A stretch of DNA of 64,000 bases from Gemmatimonadales bacterium. GTDB lineage: Bacteria > Gemmatimonadota > Gemmatimonadetes > Gemmatimonadales > GWC2-71-9. Positions 19,228 through 28,506 of this stretch are shown piece after piece. The position numbers and the translations under genes were made by a program. Under the pieces are notes generated by a model. The model saw only the letters and a list, made by a program, of their open reading frames with translations, was not told where the DNA came from and did no database searches. Numbering within the stretch: position 1 is the stretch's first letter; every line of letters begins with the position of its first letter. The stretch lies in assembly GCA_036006525.1 (NCBI GenBank), contig DASYPP010000060.1, forward strand, positions 23,794 to 87,793, read 5' to 3'.

Positions 19228-22002
19228 CTAGTAACTCAGCAACACCTCCGACCTCACATACACGAACCGCCCGTTGTACCCGAACGGCGACGCCGCCGCC
19301 CAGGGGAAGGTGCGGTCGTTGTTGTTGAATTCCTTCTGGGCCTGGTCGGGGTAGGTATCAAACAGGTTCCGCGCCCCGACCGAAAAGTTCACCGCATTGA
19401 AACGATAGCCAAGTTCGGCATCGACCAGGGTCTTGCCGCCGTAGGTTTCCCGGTCAGTGAAGCTGGGCTGGGCCGAGGCGAAGCCGCCGTAGTAGGAGGC
19501 CCGGGCCAGGGAGTGCCAGCGGCCGGACGACCACAACGCGGTCAGGGTGCCGCGCCAATCCGGGCGTTCTTCTTCGATGCCAACCTGGGTCACGAGATCG
19601 AGCACGCTGGTGAGGTCAGTGGCCGTGCCCTGCAGGATGGCGGGCAACGGCGCCACCCGGGTGATCTCGTTCTTGGTGTAGTTGATCCCGGCGATGAATT
19701 CCAGCGTGCTGGCAGCACCGACCGGAAGCCGGTAATCGGCCGTCAGGTCCACGCCCTGGGTCTTGGTATCGAGCCCGTTGGTAAAGAACTGGACGCCCGC
19801 GATGTTGGGGAATCCCGAGTCGGCGAGGATGCGCTGCGATACCGTATCCCCGAACGTGGCGCCCAGCAGGATCCGGTCGTTGATCTTGATGTGGAAGAAG
19901 TCCAGCGTGAACGTCAGCCGGTCACTGGGCGTGAACGCGAGTCCTGCGCTCAGGTTTACCGACGTCTCCTCCTTCAGCGGTTTCGCCCCGAAAATGCGGG
20001 ACGCCGGCGCATCCACCGGGAGGTTGCCGATTTCCAGGAGCTGGCCGCCGATGAAGCTGGTCGTCGTGTGACTGAAGAAGCTCTGGGACAGACCCGGCGC
20101 GCGGAACCCGGTGCTGGCCGCGCCACGGAGTACCAGCCGTTTGGACGGCTGGAACCGGAGGGCGAGCTTGCCGGTCAACTTGGAACCGAAGTCGCTGTAA
20201 TTCTCGAAGCGGCCCGCGACGTTGGCGAGCACCTGGGACGTAAGGTTGGTTTCCAGGTCGAGGTAGGCCCCGAAATTGTTCCGGCTGTGCTCACTGGCAT
20301 CGGTGGGTGAGAAGCCGGAGAAGACCGACGACCCCGCCGGCGCCAGTCCGCCGCCCGAGGCGCTGTCCTGGGCGAGGTGACCGCCGTTGATCCAGGACGC
20401 GGTTTCGCCCGCTTCGATGATGTATTTCTCGTGACGATAGGCGGCGCCTACCGCAACGTTGACCGGGCCGGGCAGTCCCATGTTGAGCGACTTGGCGAGG
20501 TTCAGCCCACCGAGGAGCTCGCTGCGCGACAGCCGGCCGGCGTCAAACGACGTCTGGTTGGGGATGCCGGGGTCGTCGCTGGTTCCCAGGACGCCATCAG
20601 CACCGGGGGCGCAGGGGGTGTCCAGGCAGGGGCCGAGCGAGCTGTTGAGAGTGTTCTCCAGGTCGTAGTCGAAGGTGTTCTGGCCAAAGGATCCGCCGAT
20701 ATCAAAGGCCCAGCCGGAGAAGCTGGTGCGGAAACCGCCGACGGCGGAGTAGTCGTTCACGTTGGGATGGAACTCGGGAAGAAAGCCCTGGGGATAGATC
20801 TCCTGCCAGTTCCGCGGGCTGTCGAGGTAGCGCCAGAATCCATTCCCGGTCCCCCGCCGGTGGCTGTACCCGCCAAAGGCGTAGAACTCGCTGGTGCCTG
20901 CCGCGTTGAGCGGCATCCTCAGGTTGGCAAAGGTCATCGCGTCCTTCTCGAGACCGTCGCCCCAATGGAGATTCGGCTGTTTCAGGGAATTGCGCTTGTC
21001 GACAATGGTGCCGGTCAGGGTATCGATGACGTCGGTGACACCATTGGCGTCCGCCAGGAACTGGTCAGGCCAGGCGCGGTTCGTGGGGTCCCGGTGCAGG
21101 AACTCGCCAAACAAACTCAGGGACCCTCGGCCCAGGCCGATTCCCACGCCGCCGTTGAGATCGGCCGTGGTGCCGTCGTCGGGATAGTCCTTGGTCAGAT
21201 AGGTGCCCGCTTCGGCGTTCAGGAAGGGGGTGAACTTTCCTTCCTTCATGACCACGTTCACCACGCCGGCGATGGCGTCGGACCCGTACTGGGCCGAGGC
21301 CCCGTCGCGGAGGACTTCGATCCGGTCGATCGCGCCGCCCGGAATGGCATTCAGGTCTACACCGCTCGATCCGGCGCCCATGCCATAGGGGAACGTGTTG
21401 ACGATCGCGGTCGGATGCCGGCGCCAGCCGTTCACCAGCACCAGGGTGTGGTCCGGGCTCAACCCGCGCAGGGTGAAGGGACGCACGATGTCATTAGCGT
21501 CGGTAACGCTCTGCCGGGGGAAGTTCACCGAGGGCGCCAGCGATTGGAGAATCTGGCTGGTCTCTTGAGTTCCCTGCTGGGCGATATCCTCGGAGGTGTA
21601 GACATCTACCGGCACCGCCAGCTCAGTCGCCGCCGTGTGGCGGGCGCGGGAACCGACCACCACGTCGATCGGGGCGAGCCGCACCGGCGATGGTTCCAGG
21701 GTCAGGTCCTGGGTCTGGTCGCCGCCGGTCACGGCCAGGACCATCGCCATCGGCTTGAACCCGATCAGCCGGGCATGCAGGGTGTAATTGCCCGATGGCA
21801 CCCCGCGGATCTCATAATGTCCCCGGCTGTTGCTGGTGCTCCGGAGCGTCGTGCCTTCGACCTGGACCACGACTCCGCTGAGGAGGGTGCCCGTCGTATC
21901 CCGCACGTCTCCCCGAATGGTGCCCGACTGGGCTGCCAGCGGGAGGGCCAGGAACATCAGGGCGACAACCAGCCCGGCAATCACACGAAAGACGCGTGGC
22001 AT
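19228..22002 (-). CDS. TonB-dependent receptor with CarboxypepD_reg-like N-domain
   Basis: 924 aa. Signal peptide, GTIRGDVRDTTG...YEIRGVPSGNYTL, plug (FTLRGL, VLVNG), long beta-barrel, terminal aromatic residue. Confidence 0.9.
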   Translation of the reverse strand: MPRVFRVIAGLVVALMFLALPLAAQSGTIRGDVRDTTGTLLSGVVVQVEGTTLRSTSNSRGHYEIRGVPSGNYTLHARLIGFKPMAMVLAVTGGDQTQDLTLEPSPVRLAPIDVVVGSRARHTAATELAVPVDVYTSEDIAQQGTQETSQILQSLAPSVNFPRQSVTDANDIVRPFTLRGLSPDHTLVLVNGWRRHPTAIVNTFPYGMGAGSSGVDLNAIPGGAIDRIEVLRDGASAQYGSDAIAGVVNVVMKEGKFTPFLNAEAGTYLTKDYPDDGTTADLNGGVGIGLGRGSLSLFGEFLHRDPTNRAWPDQFLADANGVTDVIDTLTGTIVDKRNSLKQPNLHWGDGLEKDAMTFANLRMPLNAAGTSEFYAFGGYSHRRGTGNGFWRYLDSPRNWQEIYPQGFLPEFHPNVNDYSAVGGFRTSFSGWAFDIGGSFGQNTFDYDLENTLNSSLGPCLDTPCAPGADGVLGTSDDPGIPNQTSFDAGRLSRSELLGGLNLAKSLNMGLPGPVNVAVGAAYRHEKYIIEAGETASWINGGHLAQDSASGGGLAPAGSSVFSGFSPTDASEHSRNNFGAYLDLETNLTSQVLANVAGRFENYSDFGSKLTGKLALRFQPSKRLVLRGAASTGFRAPGLSQSFFSHTTTSFIGGQLLEIGNLPVDAPASRIFGAKPLKEETSVNLSAGLAFTPSDRLTFTLDFFHIKINDRILLGATFGDTVSQRILADSGFPNIAGVQFFTNGLDTKTQGVDLTADYRLPVGAASTLEFIAGINYTKNEITRVAPLPAILQGTATDLTSVLDLVTQVGIEEERPDWRGTLTALWSSGRWHSLARASYYGGFASAQPSFTDRETYGGKTLVDAELGYRFNAVNFSVGARNLFDTYPDQAQKEFNNNDRTFPWAAASPFGYNGRFVYVRSEVLLSY

Positions 22003-22168
22003 TCATGCTCCTTGTGGAGGCGGGAGGGACAGGCCAAGCCCAGCCTGCCGGTGGGTTCATATCGTGGAATGGGAGAATCCGGGAAAACACCAGACATACG
22101 ATTGTAACGCCGGGTCCTGCTGTCAACACCCCACGGGCGCTAAAGCGTCTTCCGGATTACTTTTAGGT

Positions 22169-23224
22169 ATGACTTGGGAGGCCATGCTCGCGGACCTTCG
22201 TGCCGGCAAGATGGCGGCGCTGGCCCGGGCGATTTCGATGGTCGAAAACGGCCGCCCCGGGTTCGAGGCGCTGTTGACGGCCATCCACCCCAGGCTGGGG
22301 CACGCCCGCCGCATCGGCATCACCGGCCCCCCAGGCGCCGGGAAGTCTACCCTCACCGAAGAGCTGGTCGCGGCCTATCGCGCCCGCGGTCTTACTGTTG
22401 CGGTGGTGGCGGTGGATCCCACCAGCCCCTTTACCGGTGGAGCCTTACTGGGGGACCGGATCCGCATGGAATCGGTCGCCCTGGACGATGGTGTCTACAT
22501 CCGCTCCATGGCGACCCGGGGTTCGCTCGGCGGACTCGCCATCACCACCCGGGAGGTCTGCGACGTCCTGGACGCGGCGGGCTTCGACCGGATCCTGATT
22601 GAAACGGTGGGTGTCGGCCAATCCGAGCTCGACGTGACCCGGAGCGTAGATACCACCATCCTGGTCCTGGTGCCCGAGTCGGGCGATGGCATCCAGGTGC
22701 TCAAGGCCGGCGTCATCGAGGTGGCCGACCTCTTCGTCGTGAACAAGGCCGATCGCCCCGGCGCCGACCGGATGCGTTCCGAGCTCGAGGTGATGCTGGG
22801 GCTGCGCAGCGGCCGCACGATGAAGCATGTGCCGGCGCACCACGGGGCGCTGCGGTCGGGCAGGGACGCCCGACCCACCCCGGATGCGGTAGGTCGGACC
22901 TCCGTGCCCGATCCCCAGTGGATCCCGCCGGTGCTCGCCACCGTCGCGGTAAAGGGCGAAGGGACGGCAGAGCTGGTCGAGGCGCTGGACCGCCACCATG
23001 ACTGGATGGCCGGCTCCGCCACCCTGGAAGAGCGCCGCCGCCGCCGGCTCTATCAGCGGACCCGCGAGGTCGTGGAGCGCGCCGCCCGGCAGTGGATCTG
23101 GAGCGAGACCGCGGCCGACCAGATCATCAACGCCCGGTTGGACGGCGTGGTGGCCGGCGAGGCCAGCCCGTACGAGATCGCCGCGCTGGTGCTGGAGAGC
23201 CTTAAACAGGGTGCCCGGGTATGA
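22169..23224 (+). CDS. meaB: methylmalonyl-CoA mutase accessory GTPase
   Basis: [32 protein letters not shown]. Start ATG 22169, because the 5' part of ORF 21830 overlaps the TonB receptor gene. Confidence 0.9.
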   Translation: MTWEAMLADLRAGKMAALARAISMVENGRPGFEALLTAIHPRLGHARRIGITGPPGAGKSTLTEELVAAYRARGLTVAVVAVDPTSPFTGGALLGDRIRMESVALDDGVYIRSMATRGSLGGLAITTREVCDVLDAAGFDRILIETVGVGQSELDVTRSVDTTILVLVPESGDGIQVLKAGVIEVADLFVVNKADRPGADRMRSELEVMLGLRSGRTMKHVPAHHGALRSGRDARPTPDAVGRTSVPDPQWIPPVLATVAVKGEGTAELVEALDRHHDWMAGSATLEERRRRRLYQRTREVVERAARQWIWSETAADQIINARLDGVVAGEASPYEIAALVLESLKQGARV

Positions 23225-24903
23225 CCTACGAAGAGATGGTGGCGCTGGAAAAAGAGCTGGAGCAGCTCCGCGAGGAGGTGCGCCGCTGGCGCCAGACGAT
23301 GGAGCGAATGCCACAGCGCGCCGACACCGACTTCACGTCGGTTTCCGGCCGGGCCGTAGATCCGCTTTACACGCCGCTCGATCTGCCCGCCGATCTCCAG
23401 AAGGTATCCGGTCTGCCGGGCGAATACCCCTTCACCCGCGGCATTCACCCGACGATGTATCGCGGCAAGCTCTGGACGATGCGCCAGTTCGCCGGGTTCG
23501 GCACCGCGGAAGACACCAACGAGCGCTACAAGTTCCTGCTGGAGCGGGGCCAGACCGGCCTTTCCGTCGCCTTCGACTTTCCCACCTTGATGGGCTACGA
23601 CTCGGATCATCCCCGCGCCGAGGGTGAAGTGGGCAAGTGCGGAGTCGCGATCTCCAGCCTGGCCGACATGGAGACTCTGTTCGGGGGGATTCCGCTGGGC
23701 CAGGTTTCGACCTCCATGACCATCAACGGTCCGGCCCCGATTCTCTTCTGCTTCTACGTGGCCGCCGCGGAAAAGCAGGGCGTCAACATCGCCGACTTGC
23801 AGGGCACCATCCAGAACGACATCCTCAAGGAATACATGGCGCAGCACGCCTGGATCTTCCCGGCGGAGCCTGCGCTCAAGGTCATCGTGGATCTCTTCGA
23901 GTGGGCCGCGACCCACACGCCCAAGTGGAACACGATCTCGATCTCCGGGTACCATATCCGGGAGGCCGGGTCCACCGCGGCCCAGGAGCTGGCATTCACC
24001 CTGGCCAACGGATTCTGTTACGTCGAGCACGGGCTGGCCCGGGGGCTCGATATCGACAGCTTCGCGCCCCGGCTCTCGTTCTTCTGGGATGTTCACAACG
24101 ATTTCTTCGAAGAGATCGCCAAGATGCGGGCGGCCCGGCGCATCTGGGCCCGCCACCTGCGCGAGCGCTACGGTGCCCGGAATCCCCGCAGCTGGGCCAT
24201 GCGGTTCCACTGCCAGACCGCCGGCGTCACTCTCACCGCGCAGCAACCAGTCAACAACGTGGTGCGGGTGGCGTACCAGGCCCTGGCCGCGGTGCTGGGC
24301 GGCACCCAGTCGCTCCACACCAACGCGCTGGACGAAACCCTGGCGCTCCCCACCGAGGACTCGGTGCGTGTCGCCCTCCGCACCCAGCAGATTCTCGCCG
24401 CCGAGACCGGCGTCGCCAACGTGGCCGATCCGCTGGGCGGATCCTACTACGTGGAAGCGCTCACCGACCAGCTGGAGCGCGAAGCCGAGGGCCTCTTCGC
24501 CGAAATCGAGGCGCAGGGCGGAGTAGTGGCGGCCATCGAGTCCGGCTGGTTCCAGCGCCAGATCGCGTCGGCGTCCTCCCGCTTCCAGGCCGAAGTCGAG
24601 TCGGGCCGCCGCCCCGTGGTGGGACTCAACCAGTTCGTCGAGGACCAGGAAGGACCGGTCGAGATCCTCAAGATCGGCGACCAGGCGGAGCAGTCGCAGC
24701 GGGTGCGGATGGCGAAGCTCAGGGCGACCCGCGATTCCGCGCTGGTGGCCGGCCGGCTCGCCGCGCTGGGCGCTGCCGCCCGGGAGAACCGCAACGTCAT
24801 GCCCGCCATGCTCGACTGCGCGCGGGCCTACTGCACCCTGTTCGAGATTCGTCACGTCCTGGAAGAGATTTACGGTTCGTACCGAGAGCCGGTGTTCTTC
24901 TAG
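23221..24903 (+). CDS. methylmalonyl-CoA mutase, catalytic (large) chain of a split enzyme
   Basis: [28 protein letters not shown] and a conserved barrel. No B12 domain in this chain. 4-nt overlap with meaB. Confidence 0.9.
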   Translation: MTYEEMVALEKELEQLREEVRRWRQTMERMPQRADTDFTSVSGRAVDPLYTPLDLPADLQKVSGLPGEYPFTRGIHPTMYRGKLWTMRQFAGFGTAEDTNERYKFLLERGQTGLSVAFDFPTLMGYDSDHPRAEGEVGKCGVAISSLADMETLFGGIPLGQVSTSMTINGPAPILFCFYVAAAEKQGVNIADLQGTIQNDILKEYMAQHAWIFPAEPALKVIVDLFEWAATHTPKWNTISISGYHIREAGSTAAQELAFTLANGFCYVEHGLARGLDIDSFAPRLSFFWDVHNDFFEEIAKMRAARRIWARHLRERYGARNPRSWAMRFHCQTAGVTLTAQQPVNNVVRVAYQALAAVLGGTQSLHTNALDETLALPTEDSVRVALRTQQILAAETGVANVADPLGGSYYVEALTDQLEREAEGLFAEIEAQGGVVAAIESGWFQRQIASASSRFQAEVESGRRPVVGLNQFVEDQEGPVEILKIGDQAEQSQRVRMAKLRATRDSALVAGRLAALGAAARENRNVMPAMLDCARAYCTLFEIRHVLEEIYGSYREPVFF

Positions 24904-24908
24904 CGACT

Positions 24909-26051
24909 ATGGACTTCTCCCGTCAGCTTGCGGCTCTGACCAGGATCGACGCCGGCGATCACCGGGTGGTCTCCTGCTATCTCAAGCTGGAACCGCGGGA
25001 CCGGGTCCGAAACAAGTATTTCATCAAGCTGAAAAACCGGATCGCGCAGGTGCAGGAGGCCGTCACCGCGCTGGGCCTGCCGCGAAAGACCCGGGATGAA
25101 GTCCGCAAGGATCTCGACCGGGTCCTGGCCTACCTGAAGAACCCGGACAACCTGCCGGGGACCCGCGGCATCGCGGTGTTCGCTTCCGGCCCCCTCAAGC
25201 TGTTCGAAGCGGTGCCGTTGTCGCGGGTGTATCGCTCCCGGGTGGCGGTGGACCGGACCCCGCTGGTCCGCGAGTTGGCCTCGCTCGAAGAAGAAGTGGG
25301 CCGGATGCTCACCACGGTGACCGACCGGACCAGCGCCCGTTTCTTCGACGTCACCGCCTTTACCATCGAGGAAGTCATCGGCGTGCGGGCCGACTACTCC
25401 CGGGGCCATCGCTGGCACGGGGAGAAGTACGGGGGAAGCGGCGAGAACGAACACGATTTCCATTCCCGCATCCGGGAGGAGAAGCAACGGCACTACGCCC
25501 ACGTGGCGCAGCAGCTCTTCCAGTTTCACCAGCGGCATCCCTACTTCGGGTTCGTCCTGGCGGGAACCGGTATCGACGCGGCCGCGGTCAAGCCGTTCCT
25601 CCATCCCTACCTCGCCGGGAAGGTGCTGGGCGTGGTGAAGCTCAACCCCAAGGACCTGGATCTCCAGGCGGTCTGGTCGGCGACCCTCGATGCGCGCGAA
25701 GCGTGGGAGCGGGCCGAGGAGCGCCAGGCGGTGCAGGCGATGGAAGACGCCGGGAATGGCTGGGCGGTGAATGGCATCGATGCCACGCTCCGCTCCCTGG
25801 CGCGGGGCCAGGTTCGCACCCTGCTGGTGGCGGCTGATGCCGTCGAGCCGGGTTTCCGCTGCGCCGCGAGCGGGCGGCTCTCCCGGAGCGACCGCGATTG
25901 CCGCGACGAGGGCGGCGGGGTCCCGGTGCTGGACATCGTAGACGAAGCGATCGAAGAAGCGCTGCGGCAACGGGTGACGGTCAACGTCATCTATGACGCG
26001 GCCGCGGGGAAGAAGATCGACGGACTGGCCGGCCTGCTGCGCTTCAAATAG
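24909..26051 (+). CDS. eRF1/Pelota-like (bacterial aeRF1-type, baeRF-like) protein
   Basis: 380 aa, the 3' part of ORF 23637..26051. N-terminus (VVSCYLKLEPRD) resembles the ...vSvYLd... start of bacterial aeRF1-type proteins as I remember them. Central basic segment HRWHGEKYGGSGENEHDFHSRIREEKQRHY. C-terminal domain-3-like end RVTVNVIYDAAAGKKIDGLAGLLRFK. Assignment is from memory of family features, not a search. Confidence 0.5.
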   Translation: MDFSRQLAALTRIDAGDHRVVSCYLKLEPRDRVRNKYFIKLKNRIAQVQEAVTALGLPRKTRDEVRKDLDRVLAYLKNPDNLPGTRGIAVFASGPLKLFEAVPLSRVYRSRVAVDRTPLVRELASLEEEVGRMLTTVTDRTSARFFDVTAFTIEEVIGVRADYSRGHRWHGEKYGGSGENEHDFHSRIREEKQRHYAHVAQQLFQFHQRHPYFGFVLAGTGIDAAAVKPFLHPYLAGKVLGVVKLNPKDLDLQAVWSATLDAREAWERAEERQAVQAMEDAGNGWAVNGIDATLRSLARGQVRTLLVAADAVEPGFRCAASGRLSRSDRDCRDEGGGVPVLDIVDEAIEEALRQRVTVNVIYDAAAGKKIDGLAGLLRFK

Positions 26052-26077
26052 CGAGCCGCGTACTGCGCGGTCAGTCC

Positions 26078-26231
26078 GGCAACTTCCAACCCAGAGGCGC
26101 TGAGCGCGCTGAGGACGCGCTGAGAAACTGATATTGTTCGTGAATTGCTTGCGGCTTCTTGATTACAATGTTTCTCCGCGAAAACTCAGCGTGCTCTGCG
26201 TCTCTGCGTTGGCTGTTGCAGAGTCTCAAGC
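26078..26231. repeat. long inverted-repeat element, GCGCTGAG/CGCAGAG-unit arms
   Basis: Left ggcaacttccaacccagaggcgctgagcgcgctgaggacgcgctgagaaac. Right gtttctccgcgaaaactcagcgtgctctgcgtctctgcgttggctgttgcagag. Inside the mutase gene cluster. Confidence 0.7.
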
Positions 26232-26266
26232 CAATAACCCGGAGTCGGACGACCACACACAGGGCT

Positions 26267-26701
26267 ATGAACGCAACTTCAAAGCTGAAGAGGCTCCAGC
26301 GTCCCATCCGGGTGCTGGTGGCCAAGCCGGGCCTCGACGGCCACGATCGCGGCGCCAAGGTGGTCGCCGCCTCGCTCCGGGATGCCGGGATGGAAGTGGT
26401 CTACACCGGCCTGCACCAGACCCCGGAGATGATCGCCCGGGCCGCGGTGCAGGAGGACGTGGACGTCGTCGGGCTCTCGATTCTCTCCGGGGCCCACATG
26501 ACGCTGTTTCCCCGGGTCAAGAAACTCCTCGACGAGCAGGGCCGCGCTGACATCCTGGTGACCGGCGGCGGCATTATCCCCAAGGAAGACATGGATGCGC
26601 TGGAGACCCTGGGCATCGGCAAGCTCTTCGGGCCCGGCACTCCGACCAGCGAGCTCATCAGCTACATCCAGTCCTGGGCCGGCGAGCATCTTGAAAACTA
26701 G
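26267..26701 (+). CDS. methylmalonyl-CoA mutase, B12-binding (small) chain
   Basis: [19 protein letters not shown] (DxHxxG) and GLSILSGAH. Start ATG 26267, because the upstream part of ORF 26159 translates repeat 26078..26231. Confidence 0.9.
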   Translation: MNATSKLKRLQRPIRVLVAKPGLDGHDRGAKVVAASLRDAGMEVVYTGLHQTPEMIARAAVQEDVDVVGLSILSGAHMTLFPRVKKLLDEQGRADILVTGGGIIPKEDMDALETLGIGKLFGPGTPTSELISYIQSWAGEHLEN

Positions 26702-28292
26702 CCGGCTGCGCGCGCTGACCGACGAGTACCTCACCCTGGCCGCTCGGCTCCGCCAGGGCGGCGGCCCGTCCCGGATCGCCAAGATGCACGAGCAGGGCAA
26801 GCTCTCGCCCCGGGAACGGGTGGAGCAGCTGCTCGATCCCAACACTCCGTGGCTCGAACTCGGCCTGCTGGTCGCCTACGACCAGTACGACGGCCAGGCG
26901 CCGGGCGCCGGGGTGATCACCGGGATCGGCGTCGTCGAAGGCCGCGACGTCGTGATCGTCGCCAACGACTCCACCGTAAAGGCCGGCTCCTGGTGGCCGG
27001 AAACCATCAAGAAGATGCTGCGGGCCCAGGAAGTGGCCATGCGGCAGCGGATTCCCATCATCTATCTGGTCGACAGCGCCGGAGTGAACCTCCCCTACCA
27101 GGGCGGAGTGTTCCCGGGCCAGTACGGCGCCGCCCGCATCTTCTATTACAACTCCATCATGCGGCATTATCTCCACGTGCCCCAGATCAGCGCGGTCATG
27201 GGGAGCTGCATCGCGGGTGGAGCGTACCTGCCGGCCCTCTCCGACGTGATCTTCATGGTGGAAGGGACCAGCTTCATGGGCCTCGGTGGTCCCAACCTGG
27301 TGAAGGGTGCGACGGGCCAGACGGTGGATGCCGAGACCCTGGGCGGCGCAAAGACTCATACCGCCACCAGCGCCGTGGCGCACTACCGGGCCAGGGACGA
27401 CAAGGAATGCCTGCTCAAGATCCGGGAGTACCTGGCCCGGTTGCCGCTGGGTGAGCCGGTGGGGCACCGGGTCGTCGCTACCCGCCCGCCGGCCACTCCG
27501 CCGGTCCAGCTCTACGACCTGCTGCCCCACGACCACCGCATGTCCTACGACATGCACAAGGTGCTGCGCTGCCTGCTCGATGACGGCAAGCTGGACGAAT
27601 TCCAGCCCGACACGGCGGGTGAGATGCTCTGCGGTCACGCGCGGATCGAGGGCCGCCCGGTCGCGGTGCTGGCCAACCAGCGCGGCCTCATCAAGGGCAA
27701 TGTCCCGCCCCGGACCGGCGGCATCATCTACACCGAGAGCGCGGAAAAGGCGGCCTACTTCATAGAAAATGCGAGCCGGGAGAAGCTCCCCATCCTGTTC
27801 GTGCAGGACGTGAGCGGCTTCATGGTCGGTCCCGAGGCCGAGCATTCCGGGATCATCCGGGCCGGCGCGCGCTTCGTGGAGGCGATGGCGACCGCGCAGG
27901 TGCCCAAGATCGTGCTCACCATCAACCATGCGTCGGGGGCGGGGTACTATGCCATGGCGGGACAGGGTTTCGATCCCGACTTCATCGTGAGCTGGCCCAC
28001 CGGCCGCATGGCGGTGATGGAAGGCGAGTCCGCCATCGGCGCGGTGCACGGGCCCGATATCGACAAGGCGAAGAAGGCGAATACCCCGCTCGATCCCAAG
28101 ACCCAGGCCTCGGTCGAAGAGATGCGGGCCGACTACGAGCACCAGCTCGATGCCAAGTTCGCGGCGGCCCGCGGCTTCGCCGATGCGATCATCACGGTCG
28201 AGGAAACCCGGGATCAGCTGGCGTTTCTGCTGAGGGTGACTTCGAACTACGCCGGGCCGCATCTTGGTGCGTTCGTTTTGCCTGCTCAGTAG
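26691..28292 (+). CDS. acyl-CoA carboxylase carboxyltransferase (beta) subunit (PccB/MccB/AtuC-like)
   Basis: [30 protein letters not shown], and two-domain crotonase-like carboxyltransferase length. Inferred TTG start 26691, overlapping the stop of the upstream gene. Confidence 0.85.
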   Translation: MKTSRLRALTDEYLTLAARLRQGGGPSRIAKMHEQGKLSPRERVEQLLDPNTPWLELGLLVAYDQYDGQAPGAGVITGIGVVEGRDVVIVANDSTVKAGSWWPETIKKMLRAQEVAMRQRIPIIYLVDSAGVNLPYQGGVFPGQYGAARIFYYNSIMRHYLHVPQISAVMGSCIAGGAYLPALSDVIFMVEGTSFMGLGGPNLVKGATGQTVDAETLGGAKTHTATSAVAHYRARDDKECLLKIREYLARLPLGEPVGHRVVATRPPATPPVQLYDLLPHDHRMSYDMHKVLRCLLDDGKLDEFQPDTAGEMLCGHARIEGRPVAVLANQRGLIKGNVPPRTGGIIYTESAEKAAYFIENASREKLPILFVQDVSGFMVGPEAEHSGIIRAGARFVEAMATAQVPKIVLTINHASGAGYYAMAGQGFDPDFIVSWPTGRMAVMEGESAIGAVHGPDIDKAKKANTPLDPKTQASVEEMRADYEHQLDAKFAAARGFADAIITVEETRDQLAFLLRVTSNYAGPHLGAFVLPAQ

Positions 28293-28302
28293 CGTCGGGT
28301 TC

Positions 28303-28506
28303 GACAACAGCTCCTCGCGTCGGGCGCGGAGTACACGCGGCGGCCGCGGCGGTCGAAACTTGAGATCTACCCGATGGACTTGTGGGTGATGATTTGACAA
28401 TTGTTCGTTGTTGTCCCAAATCCAGAATCCGCACCCAAGGGGTGTCTTTGCCGCGTGCGCCGCGCGTCCTCCGCGGTCGCCGCGAGGTGCTTTTGCCGGG
28501 CTTGAC
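28303..28506. repeat. long inverted-repeat element, CTCCTCGCG/CGCGGCG-unit arms (copy 3 of 4)
   Basis: Left caacagctcctcgcgtcgggcgcggagtacacgcggcggccgcggcgg. Right ctttgccgcgtgcgccgcgcgtcctccgcggtcgccgcgaggtgcttttgccgggcttgac. The core contains gacttgtgggtgatgatttgacaattgt. Confidence 0.75.

Noticed and set aside
22003-22168. Possible cobalamin riboswitch upstream of the TonB-dependent receptor that lies next to the B12-dependent mutase operon
   Set aside because: The gap is only about 165 nt. On reading the minus strand I could not find a B12-box-like core or the usual conserved helices. A functional link between the receptor and B12 is unsupported.
23637-26051. 804-aa ORF spanning the mutase gene and the eRF1-like gene
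   Set aside because: The first roughly 420 aa are an out-of-frame overlap of the mutase catalytic chain (Arg/Pro/Gly-rich nonsense). Only the part from ATG 24909 looks like a real protein.
28394-28399. TTGACA in the conserved core of the long inverted-repeat elements (also 33283..33288) as an outward-facing -35 promoter box
   Set aside because: No convincing -10 hexamer at 16-18 nt (caaatc / agactt). Kept only as a note within the repeat finding.
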